Of a DNA stretch of 64,000 bases, positions 20,141 to 29,047 are shown in pieces. The first letter of the stretch is position 1, and every line of letters begins with the position of its first letter. Source of the DNA: Microcoleus sp. (lineage in GTDB: Bacteria; Cyanobacteriota; Cyanobacteriia; Cyanobacteriales; Microcoleaceae); the NCBI GenBank assembly GCA_042408215.1, contig JAYFMW010000030.1, forward strand, positions 128,001 to 192,000, read 5' to 3'. Position numbers and translations under genes: made by a program. The notes under the pieces were generated by a model, which was not told where the DNA came from, did not search any database, and saw nothing but the letters and a program-made list of their open reading frames with translations.

Positions 20141-20227
20141 TCACACTTAATCGATCGAATCACAAATCTGACGATCGCGCCTTTGAACTGCTTTCGTATT
20201 GTTCGCATCACGGTAAAATTTAATTTT

Positions 20228-21511
20228 ATGAAACGTAAATCTTGGCAACTGTTTGCTGTTTTTGGGCTGGTGGGCCTGCTGCTGTCTGTGGCTGTCAGTT
20301 GCAGCAGGGGTGTTTCTAATTCTGGGTCAAATAATGCTCCGGCGATCGAGTTTTGGACTATGCAATTGCAACCTCAGTTTACTGAGTATTTCAATCAGAC
20401 GATCGCCCTTTTTGAGAAAGAAAATCCGGGGGTGAAGGTGCGCTGGGTAGACGTGCCTTGGTCGGCGATGGAAAGCAAGATTTTGGGGGCTGTTTCGGCG
20501 AAAACTGCGCCGGATGTGGTTAACCTGAATCCTGATTTTGCTTCGCTGTTGGCGGGGCGCAATGCTTGGCTGGATTTGGACTCTCGGATACCGGAGCAAG
20601 TTCGATCGACCTATTTGCCGAATATCTGGAAATCCGGTGTGCTCGACGGTAAGAGCTTTGGCATTCCTTGGTATCTCACAACTGGGATCACAATTTACAA
20701 TACCGATTTGTTTAAAAAGGCTGGAATTACTAAGCCTCCTGCTACCTATACTGAGTTGGCTCAAGTAGCGAAACAGGTGAAGGAAAAGACTGGTAAGTTT
20801 GCTTTTTTTGTGACTTTTGTACCGGAGGATTCGGCGGAGGTTTTGCAATCTTTGGTGCAGATGGGTGTCACTTTGGTTGATGCTCAGAGCAAGGCGGCTT
20901 TTAATACTCCGCAAGGTAAGGCTGCTTTTCAGTATTGGGTGGATTTGTACAAGGGCGGGTTTTTGCCAAAGGATGTTTTGGTGCAGGGCCATCGCAGGGC
21001 GATCGAACTTTATCAAGCTGGAGAAACTGCTTTGTTGGGTTCTGGGCCTCAGTTTTTGAACGCGATCGCTGAGAATGCTCCTAGTATAGGCGCGGTTTCG
21101 GCTGTTGCTCCTCAAATTACCGGGGAAAGTGGCAAGAAGACTGTGGCGGTGATGAATTTGGTGGTGCCTCGCGACAGCAAGCGGCCTGATGATGCTGTGA
21201 AGTTTGCTTTGTTTGTGACTAATTCTCGGAATCAGTTGGCTTTTGCTAAGGCTGCTAATGTTTTGCCTTCTAATGTTGATGCTTTAAATGACTCTTATTT
21301 TAAGAGTGTTCCGGCTGATGCTCCGACTGCCGATCGATCTCGGGTTGTTAGTGCTTCTGGGTTGACTTCCGCTGAGCTTTTGATTCCGCCTCTCAAGGAT
21401 GTTAAGAAGTTGCAAAAGGCGATTTATGACAATTTGCAAGCCGCTATGTTGGGGGAGAAGTCGGTAGAGCAGGCTGTGGCTGATGCGGCTCTGGCTTGGG
21501 ATCAAAAGTAA
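20228..21511 (+). CDS. Sugar ABC transporter substrate-binding lipoprotein
   Basis: Lipobox-like AVSC, FWTMQLQP, APDVVNLNP; start at MKRKSW. Confidence 0.88.
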   Translation: MKRKSWQLFAVFGLVGLLLSVAVSCSRGVSNSGSNNAPAIEFWTMQLQPQFTEYFNQTIALFEKENPGVKVRWVDVPWSAMESKILGAVSAKTAPDVVNLNPDFASLLAGRNAWLDLDSRIPEQVRSTYLPNIWKSGVLDGKSFGIPWYLTTGITIYNTDLFKKAGITKPPATYTELAQVAKQVKEKTGKFAFFVTFVPEDSAEVLQSLVQMGVTLVDAQSKAAFNTPQGKAAFQYWVDLYKGGFLPKDVLVQGHRRAIELYQAGETALLGSGPQFLNAIAENAPSIGAVSAVAPQITGESGKKTVAVMNLVVPRDSKRPDDAVKFALFVTNSRNQLAFAKAANVLPSNVDALNDSYFKSVPADAPTADRSRVVSASGLTSAELLIPPLKDVKKLQKAIYDNLQAAMLGEKSVEQAVADAALAWDQK

Positions 21512-21649
21512 AGTTGGGTATTGGGCATTGGGCATGGGGCATGGAGCATGGGGCATCGCTCCCTGAGCGTAGTCGAAGGGCAATTCTCAATGTAGGGACA
21601 ATTCATGAATTGCCCCTACATTGAGGGCAATGCTCAAATTGAATTTGAC

Positions 21650-22040
21650 CCTAAATCCATCAAAGCCTTGTATTATCAGGGTTTTTGATGATGAATATAG
21701 TTTGGCTAGCTTTGTCGATGCAGCTATTCACCCTTAATTGCTCTGTTAGCTGTGAGGGTGCGTCGGTGGGGGAATAGATTGTGTCTTTGGTTTAATACAA
21801 ATATTGAAAGCTTTGTTGTATATAGGTTTGACGTGATGCAAAGAGTTGTCAATTTGCGATCGACACACCTAGGTGGATCTCTGAAACCCTAATTTTTTGG
21901 TTAAAATGTGTCGATGCTTTGTGGGGTATGGGTTTGAGGCTCGTTATTTTACTGTTTTTGGTGTCGATTGGTGGTATATTTAGGTGGTGCGTCGATTTGA
22001 CGGCTGAAACCCACTCTGGGTATAGGCTCTGCGGCGAACT
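21650..22040 (+). promoter_or_regulatory. CRISPR leader 1
   Basis: Homologous over about 390 bp to 33368-33756; final ccactctgggtataggctctgcggcgaact is identical. Confidence 0.8.
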
Positions 22041-23008
22041 CCCTACCGATGGGTTTAAATCGGATTAGTTGGAAACTCGGTTTTACAGCAAGGGCAAACG
22101 TATAAAACCCCTACCGATGGGTTTAAATCGGATTAGTTGGAAACGCTGTATTGACCACACTCAACAAACGCTCATAAACCCCTACCGATGGGTTTAAATC
22201 GGATTAGTTGGAAACCTAACATTTACCCCAATCGCATTTTCATCGTCCCTACCGATGGGTTTAAATCGGATTAGTTGGAAACTGAAATAAATGCGATTAT
22301 GACTACAAAACCAATTAGCAACCCTACCGATGGGTTTAAATCGGATTAGTTGGAAACAATTAACAAAAAAATAGAAACTGGCAAACTTAAACTCCCTACC
22401 GATGGGTTTAAATCGGATTAGTTGGAAACTTTCCATTCCTGTCCTGAGAGATAAACTTTTCAACCCTACCGATGGGTTTAAATCGGATTAGTTGGAAACC
22501 TTTGATTGCCCTCATGGTCTATATAGATGCAATTACACCCTACCGATGGGTTTAAATCGGATTAGTTGGAAACAAAGAGTCAGCTTCTGCTCGAGTCCAA
22601 CGTTTGGAACAAACCCTACCGATGGGTTTAAATCGGATTAGTTGGAAACATTTACAGTTCGGATTTTGACGACTTTTTTCGCCGTCCCTACCGATGGGTT
22701 TAAATCGGATTAGTTGGAAACGCTTTGTGTTCCGAGCAGTCTCACTGGCCCTGTCAACCCTACCGATGGGTTTAAATCGGATTAGTTGGAAACTGTTGTA
22801 TAGACTACATCAACTTCCCCATTTTCATCCCCTACCGATGGGCTTAAATCGGATTAGTTGGAAACTTTGTATTGCGAGCAGTTTCACTTGCTTTGTCAAC
22901 CCCTACCGATGGGCTTAAATCGGATTAGTTGGAAACATTTCCGTAATTATCTTTTACATCTTGTAATTTAGACCCTACCGATGGGCTTAAATCGGATTAA
23001 TTGGAAAC
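22041..23008 (+). CRISPR. CRISPR array 1: 14 repeats, 13 spacers
   Basis: 36-nt repeat CCCTACCGATGGGTTTAAATCGGATTAGTTGGAAAC; the last three carry GGGCTT; GAAAC 3' end and leader on the left give + orientation. Confidence 0.98.
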
Positions 23009-23112
23009 ACTAAGGTCGATCGCCCTTAACAAAAAAACGATCGCCCTTAACAAAAAGACGATCGCCTATAATAAAATAAAAATATTCAAGTTAATGATAT
23101 TGGTGCAACATC

Positions 23113-24426
23113 TCAGTCATCAACCAACTGCACCAATAACTTAGCTAAAGCTTGCACCATCGGGCGAGTAGAAGCATCTTCTCCCCTAGCTAAATGGTGA
23201 ACGCTACCTGTCAGTACGGGAGACTTGTTAGTAATTGTGTCTGCCTGCCCGTCCCAATCGCTGTAAACAATCGCAATAAAAGGTAGCGGTTTCTCTAGTT
23301 CTTTTTCGCAAAACTCCTGCCAATCTGCGACATCTTGCTCAGTTTTTGCCAGCATTACAGCATGAGTTGCTTGCGACATGATCTTTCGATTCTCGTCGGT
23401 GGGAATTTTACCGCCCACGTCAAACAGCAGCAGAGAATTCTTAATCGCAGCAATATCTCTAACTTTGGCGTTCGCGAATTCAGGCGTGAATCGGGCTTTG
23501 TATTCTGCCTTGAGTTTGGCGGCTAACTCAGGATATTTTTGAGCAGTTTCAGAGAAATAAGAACCGTCGCCATCGGGACAACCTGAAATTACATAAAAAT
23601 CTTGCGGAGCATTTTCGAGTTTCAAGATGGCTTGCTTTAAAGCATCCCGCAGTACAGTTTTTCCTGTATTGGGAGGCCCACATAATACCACTTTGAGGGC
23701 AGACTGCGGAACGCACTCGATATCCAAACTTTGCCCAACTTGATAATCCTTAGTATGGCTGACAGTCACGATATATTTATCGAGTCCCCTCTCTCCCAGT
23801 TTGGGGTCGAAAACTGCCACGCCGCCGTAAAGGTGTGTAACTTGACTCGCGATCGCAAAACTGGCTAAAACAGTAGCCCGTCCCTTAATTTTTAATATTT
23901 GTTTGCCACCCGGCAGTTGTCCAGACTCGATGAGGTTTGCTAATTGTGCTGTAGCATCCCGGACAATTTGGTCGCCGTCTGCTTGGATGCTGTTATTGAT
24001 TTGGGCAATCAAAACATCATTTTCCCAATAAATCAAAAAAGAGGGGGAAGCGTCGGGAGGAGAAGAAACTTGTTGCACTTCACCCGTAGCAAAATCAATG
24101 CGGCAGCCGACAGGATACTCCGCTGCGGTGCTGATAGCGACGATGTAAGCACTTAGTCTGGGATCGGCAATTGCGATCGCCCGATACAAATGCGCTACGT
24201 GATGGGCAATAACATAACTCACCAGCAGTGAAATACGCCCATCAATTTTCAGCAAATCGCCGCTTCGGAATTCCCCAGCCACCTCCATCTCCTGCAAGCG
24301 CGCTGCCGCATCCTGCACAATTTCATCGCCGTCGGCGGGAATTGGCGTCCCGTCAGCATTTTTGCCAAAGTCTACTTTGAGGGTGTCTCCTTCCAAGTGC
24401 ATCTGATAAGTTTTCATCGTTGCCAT
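23113..24426 (-). CDS. csx3: Tandem Csx3 (Crn3 ring-nuclease-like) domains fused to a P-loop NTPase
   Basis: Two repeats of LKI-x-GR...H-L-Y...DP(R/K)L...YIV, then VLCGPPNTGKT, CPDGDG and LLFDVGG. Confidence 0.75.
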   Translation of the reverse strand: MATMKTYQMHLEGDTLKVDFGKNADGTPIPADGDEIVQDAAARLQEMEVAGEFRSGDLLKIDGRISLLVSYVIAHHVAHLYRAIAIADPRLSAYIVAISTAAEYPVGCRIDFATGEVQQVSSPPDASPSFLIYWENDVLIAQINNSIQADGDQIVRDATAQLANLIESGQLPGGKQILKIKGRATVLASFAIASQVTHLYGGVAVFDPKLGERGLDKYIVTVSHTKDYQVGQSLDIECVPQSALKVVLCGPPNTGKTVLRDALKQAILKLENAPQDFYVISGCPDGDGSYFSETAQKYPELAAKLKAEYKARFTPEFANAKVRDIAAIKNSLLLFDVGGKIPTDENRKIMSQATHAVMLAKTEQDVADWQEFCEKELEKPLPFIAIVYSDWDGQADTITNKSPVLTGSVHHLARGEDASTRPMVQALAKLLVQLVDD

Positions 24427-24531
24427 TTCCCTGTATTGACTGTTTCAATTTGCCACAGTTGTGGAAAGGGAGGTTTCCATGTTTGATTAATGTAGAGAAA
24501 TAACACGGAATTTCGTTCTACATACGCCTAT

Positions 24532-25995
24532 ATGTCTGACACAACCTTCGACTTTTCGCCTACCGTAGAACTGTTACAGTTGCTCGCGCGGGGTTCTTTG
24601 AGGCAGAATTTGCCGAAAGCAGTGCGATTGTGGGTGATTTTGCGATCGCACTACGGCGGCGAAACAGATCCGCTGAAGCTGCAACTCGGCGAAACCTTCA
24701 CTTACAGCAACTGGAGTCAAAAGTTTTTTACTGAAACCGACCAACATCACAAGGATTACACAATTCCGACCAATCACGATCCGCAGTGTCCCTGCACTCA
24801 AACCATTTCTCACTGGCTGTTCGATTCCGATTTGGGAGTTGACAAAGCAGAATGGCAGCAATCTTTTCTCAAGCTTTACCCAATGCCACAACAGGATTTA
24901 GAACGCCTGCTGTCGGCAGGAATTATTCCCGAATCAAAGAAAGGCAGCAATCAGAAATGCCTGCCAGAAAATCGCTTGTTTGCTGTTACCAGTAAAAATC
25001 TTCAGTACGACTTTAACGCGCTGGCAGAAATGGGTTGGTTGCGAGTGCAAAAAGTGTCGCAGGGTAACAGCAAGCGGCTGAAAACTCTATACAGCCGCGT
25101 CAAAGAACTTCCCAATCCTGCTATCTACTCCGAGACTGCTACTTCTGATTTAGAAGCAGTCGGTGTCGGTAATATGATTCCCAACGACCTCGCCGATTTC
25201 TTTGACGATTTCGGGCGTTCCATCAACGGCGAACAGCGATTTTTTCTAGACATTGAGTATATAGTTCGCCGCCAATTATCACAGCAAATAAATGAGATCA
25301 GAAAGCAATTGAAAGAAATTTGGCATCAAAGTCAAATTGCTCCTATAAAAATTACCTACGTCAGCGCCCGCAACTTTCAACACTATCAAGATGAAGGAGA
25401 AAAATACATTATATATCCAGTCTGCATTTACTACTCCCACCGCGCTCCTTACTTATTCGCCTTCGGTCAAAACCCTAGAGATGAAGCAAAAATCGATTGG
25501 TACGATTATCGCCTCGATCGAATTCAAAGCTTGCAAAAGTTAAAATGGGATGAAGTCAATATTGCAGGTTTCTCTCTGAAAACCTGCCAGTCTAAAACGC
25601 CGAAACAAATAGAGAATTTAAAAACTCAAGCTTGGGGTTTTGATTTCTATAAACCGCACGAAGTTCTGCTGCTCAGGTTCGATCGCTATTTTCACTCGCA
25701 TTACATAGAAGGAACGGAAAGGGAAGAAATATTTAAACAAATTACTTACAAGCAAGCACAAAGTCTCATTGAAAATAGCGATTGCAAAGCCGAAGCAAAA
25801 AAAGTTATTTTGGCTTCATTCCAAACTCGATCGAAGTCAGACATTTACTGCCGGGTTAATTACCGTGTCGGCGATAACAATGCAATCATGCGCTTGAGAG
25901 CTTGGGGGCCTAAAGTAGAAGTATTGCTTCCGGGGAATTTGCGAGAAATCATGGCTGACGATATCGAAAAAACTCGAAGTTTCTACTGTCTATAA
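24532..25995 (+). CDS. CRISPR-associated WYL-domain protein (TIGR03985-like)
   Basis: YPVCIYYSHRAPYLFAFG, DYRLDRI, MRLRAWGPKVEVLLP. Confidence 0.85.
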   Translation: MSDTTFDFSPTVELLQLLARGSLRQNLPKAVRLWVILRSHYGGETDPLKLQLGETFTYSNWSQKFFTETDQHHKDYTIPTNHDPQCPCTQTISHWLFDSDLGVDKAEWQQSFLKLYPMPQQDLERLLSAGIIPESKKGSNQKCLPENRLFAVTSKNLQYDFNALAEMGWLRVQKVSQGNSKRLKTLYSRVKELPNPAIYSETATSDLEAVGVGNMIPNDLADFFDDFGRSINGEQRFFLDIEYIVRRQLSQQINEIRKQLKEIWHQSQIAPIKITYVSARNFQHYQDEGEKYIIYPVCIYYSHRAPYLFAFGQNPRDEAKIDWYDYRLDRIQSLQKLKWDEVNIAGFSLKTCQSKTPKQIENLKTQAWGFDFYKPHEVLLLRFDRYFHSHYIEGTEREEIFKQITYKQAQSLIENSDCKAEAKKVILASFQTRSKSDIYCRVNYRVGDNNAIMRLRAWGPKVEVLLPGNLREIMADDIEKTRSFYCL

Positions 25996-26026
25996 AATGA
26001 ATGTAAATCTATAATTTCAAATAGAA

Positions 26027-26602
26027 ATGACAGAAAAACCAAAACTTTCAACGCGCTTTGAACAAGCTTTAGTCTACGCCGCTCAAGTTCATGCCAATCA
26101 AGTCAGAAAAGGGGGCGATGTTCCCTACGTGAGTCACCTATTGAGTGTCGCAGCCTTAGTATTGGAAGATGGCGGTGATGAAGATGAAGCAATTGCAGCA
26201 CTTTTACACGATGCTATCGAAGATAGTGGCAACGCCAAAATTCGTGAAGCTATTCTGGTACGATTTGGAGAAGAAGTTGTCAGTATCGTTGACGGGTGCA
26301 CGGAATCTTGTACAATACCTAAACCGCCTTGGCGCGATCGCAAGTTACGATATATTGAGCAAATGCGTCACGCTTCCCCGTCGGTGCTGCGGGTGTCGAT
26401 GGCGGACAAACTGCACAATGCGCGATCAATTTTAGCCGATCGCGATCGAGAAGGCGATGCAGTTTGGGATAAATTTAAGGGTGGAAAAGCAGGCACGTTG
26501 TGGTTTTACCGCAGTTTGCTAGAAATTTATCAACAGGGAGGTTGCAGCTTCTTGGTGTCGGAAATTGAGCGAATTGTCGATCGATTGGAAAGCCTGAAAT
26601 AG
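26027..26602 (+). CDS. HD-domain hydrolase, RelA/SpoT-hydrolase (Mesh1/SAH)-like
   Basis: HANQVRKGGDVPYVSH...AALLHDAIED...ADKLHNAR. Confidence 0.88.
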   Translation: MTEKPKLSTRFEQALVYAAQVHANQVRKGGDVPYVSHLLSVAALVLEDGGDEDEAIAALLHDAIEDSGNAKIREAILVRFGEEVVSIVDGCTESCTIPKPPWRDRKLRYIEQMRHASPSVLRVSMADKLHNARSILADRDREGDAVWDKFKGGKAGTLWFYRSLLEIYQQGGCSFLVSEIERIVDRLESLK

Positions 26603-26814
26603 TTATGATTCAGCTTAGATATCACCCTTAGAAGACCCCCTTTCCAGTCTCGTGCCAAAATTCAGACAGATAAATAAAGGCTTCGATAATAATGCCTAAC
26701 CTAGTTCGCTTGAGTTTAAAGTATCCTGTCACCGTAATCAAAACCGTAAAAGAGATAGTGGCGATCGCACTTGCCAATCCGAGATAAATTGCGATCGAGA
26801 CTCCTTGGACGGCG

Positions 26815-27204
26815 ATGGCAGGTTTTGATGTTACTTATCAATGCAGCGAACCTCGCCAGCCGAATGTCACAATTGCGATCGATGCAGCGGGACCTAAAAT
26901 CAAACTCAACGATCCTAATATTACCAGTTATGGAGACTTGATTGTTTTGCAAAACAAAACGCATCATACGATCGGCCGTGAAGAAGATTGGGCTCAATAT
27001 TGCCGAGAAATCTTTAAGGTATTGAATCAAGCCCAGCAAGATTATGGGGAAATAAAGTTGGTTTATTCGATGCCTGTAAGTTTGGCGATCGCAGTCGGGA
27101 TGACGACTCAACATTTTTGGAATATTTTGTTAACTAACTACAATCCCCAGACGGGAGGGTACCAAGATTTAATCAAAATCAATGAAGTTATTTATCGGAA
27201 TTAA
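26815..27204 (+). CDS. Stand-alone SAVED-like domain, possibly N-terminally truncated
   Basis: EIKLVYSMPVSLAIAVGM...LTNYNPQTGGY resembles the SAVED C-terminal motif; an in-frame upstream ATG at 26692 is separated by one TAA at 26785. Confidence 0.6.
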   Translation: MAGFDVTYQCSEPRQPNVTIAIDAAGPKIKLNDPNITSYGDLIVLQNKTHHTIGREEDWAQYCREIFKVLNQAQQDYGEIKLVYSMPVSLAIAVGMTTQHFWNILLTNYNPQTGGYQDLIKINEVIYRN

Positions 27205-27229
27205 ATAAACCACTCGGAGAAATATTAAC

Positions 27230-29047
27230 ATGAGTCCAGAATCAAAATGTTACACTGCCATTACTTTTGCTCCAGTTCAAGGGTTTATCGAAAAATCTCG
27301 CAAACTTCGAGATTTGTACGGAAGTTCTTTCCTGATATCTTACCTAGCAGAAGCCATTTGCAAGGAAGCCGACAAACAGAAATATAAAGTCATATCTCCA
27401 GCTTTAATTAACGTTACTCAAGGAACCCCGAATCAAATCATTATTAAAGGAGAATTTGACAAGGAAATTGCCAGAGAAGCGATGAAAAAAGCGTGGCTAG
27501 CAGTCAGCGAAACTTGCCGCCAGTGGATTGAAGATAATGTGAAAGATTGCGGGCAATATTATTGGCATCGAAATTGGAAATCTTGGGGTAATTATGCCTG
27601 GGAGTTTTTCTGGGGAACTGGTGAGACGATCAAGCTAGCAAGGGAAGCTGTTAATGAGGCGAAGCGATCGCGCGATTGGACTGGTATTAACTGGACGGGG
27701 GAAAGTTCGACACTATCCGGTGCAGATGGCGTAGCCTGGCCAGGAATGGGAATCGGTAATCCACAAAAGACAAATCGGCACAAGCAAAAGGAAGAAATTG
27801 CCAAATTTTATCAGCGGCTTAGTTACGAATTAGGTAAAGCATTTATCAAAACACCAGAACTATCTGATGAATCAGCCGAAAAGATCGAGGAATCAGGCAA
27901 AACATTTATCGAAACAGCAGAACCCAAAATAGATGATGATAAATCAGCCAAAAAGATAAAGGAATACGGTGAGGCATTTGTCGATCCAGACGAAGAGTTA
28001 AGCATTCCTGAATTAATCAAGCGACTGATTACTCATATGGCAATTGCTAAGCAAATTGTTAATCCTGTTAAAGAAGAAACAGATCCAAAAATTCCCAATC
28101 TGCTGAAGAAACTTGAGAAGGAACTTAATCCTAAGAGTTTTACTGATATCAGTCGTTTAAAAAGCAAAAATAGTAAGCTAGAGGAAGAATACTGGACTGG
28201 TTGGTTTCAGGGAGATGGCGATCGGATGGGCGATTTGCTCAAAAGATTATCAGAAGATCCTGAAACTGAACCGAAAAAACTCAAGACATTCAGTAAAGCG
28301 ATGATGGAATGGGGCGAAAATGAATTCAAACCTGCGATAGCAGAAGCCCAAGGCCGTACTGTGTACGCTGGAGGCGATGACTTCATGGGCATTTTTTATC
28401 GCTTACCTGACAAAACATCATCAAATCCAGAATTTACCCCTTTAACAGGTCAAGAATGTGTCAATTGGTTTGCTTCAAAATTTCCCAGTGTTTGGGAAGA
28501 ACACAAGCAGAAAATCAGTGTTAGTGTTGGCTTTGTCTGGACAGCCCCCAACGTCCCGCAGCGCGATGTCTTGCAACATTGCCGCCTCGCTGAAACATCT
28601 GCCAAAAATCATGGCAAAGACCGCATGGCTATCCGCATTTTATTCAACGGTGGTACTCATATTGAATGGGTTTGTCCTTGGTGGTGTTTGCCAGTATTGC
28701 AACACTATCAAGACAGAGACGGTAACACTTTAGAACCCCTAAGTTCTCCCGTCCCCCGGAAGAAAACTAAACCCAACTGGACTCACATTTATAATGATAT
28801 TGCTACGTTGGAATCGCGACACGCTTTTAAAGGTAATACTCAAATTGCTGAGGAATTATTTAAAATCTACTTTCCCGATTGTGAAGAATGGATTAAACTA
28901 GATAATTGGTGGCTCCATTCCCACGCCGATCGATTGAGAACCGGGATTTTAGGACATGAAGAAAAGGACGCTAAAAAAGAGACACACGAACTTTTTAATG
29001 AGTGGTTTATCAACTTAGCTAAGGTAGGATTTCAGTTATGTCCATGA
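27230..29047 (+). CDS. cmr2: Type III-B Cas10/Cmr2 without HD nuclease domain
   Basis: FAPVQGFIEKSRKLRDLYGSS, QGDGDRMG, VYAGGDDF palm motif. Confidence 0.95.
   Translation: MSPESKCYTAITFAPVQGFIEKSRKLRDLYGSSFLISYLAEAICKEADKQKYKVISPALINVTQGTPNQIIIKGEFDKEIAREAMKKAWLAVSETCRQWIEDNVKDCGQYYWHRNWKSWGNYAWEFFWGTGETIKLAREAVNEAKRSRDWTGINWTGESSTLSGADGVAWPGMGIGNPQKTNRHKQKEEIAKFYQRLSYELGKAFIKTPELSDESAEKIEESGKTFIETAEPKIDDDKSAKKIKEYGEAFVDPDEELSIPELIKRLITHMAIAKQIVNPVKEETDPKIPNLLKKLEKELNPKSFTDISRLKSKNSKLEEEYWTGWFQGDGDRMGDLLKRLSEDPETEPKKLKTFSKAMMEWGENEFKPAIAEAQGRTVYAGGDDFMGIFYRLPDKTSSNPEFTPLTGQECVNWFASKFPSVWEEHKQKISVSVGFVWTAPNVPQRDVLQHCRLAETSAKNHGKDRMAIRILFNGGTHIEWVCPWWCLPVLQHYQDRDGNTLEPLSSPVPRKKTKPNWTHIYNDIATLESRHAFKGNTQIAEELFKIYFPDCEEWIKLDNWWLHSHADRLRTGILGHEEKDAKKETHELFNEWFINLAKVGFQLCP

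Noticed and set aside
22194..22918. ORFs within CRISPR arrays (also 34600-35120)
   Set aside because: Translations of repeat-spacer units, not genes.
26027..26602. Split-off Cas10/Cas3 HD nuclease domain
   Set aside because: Motif pattern fits the RelA/SpoT hydrolase-type HD family rather than CRISPR HD nucleases.
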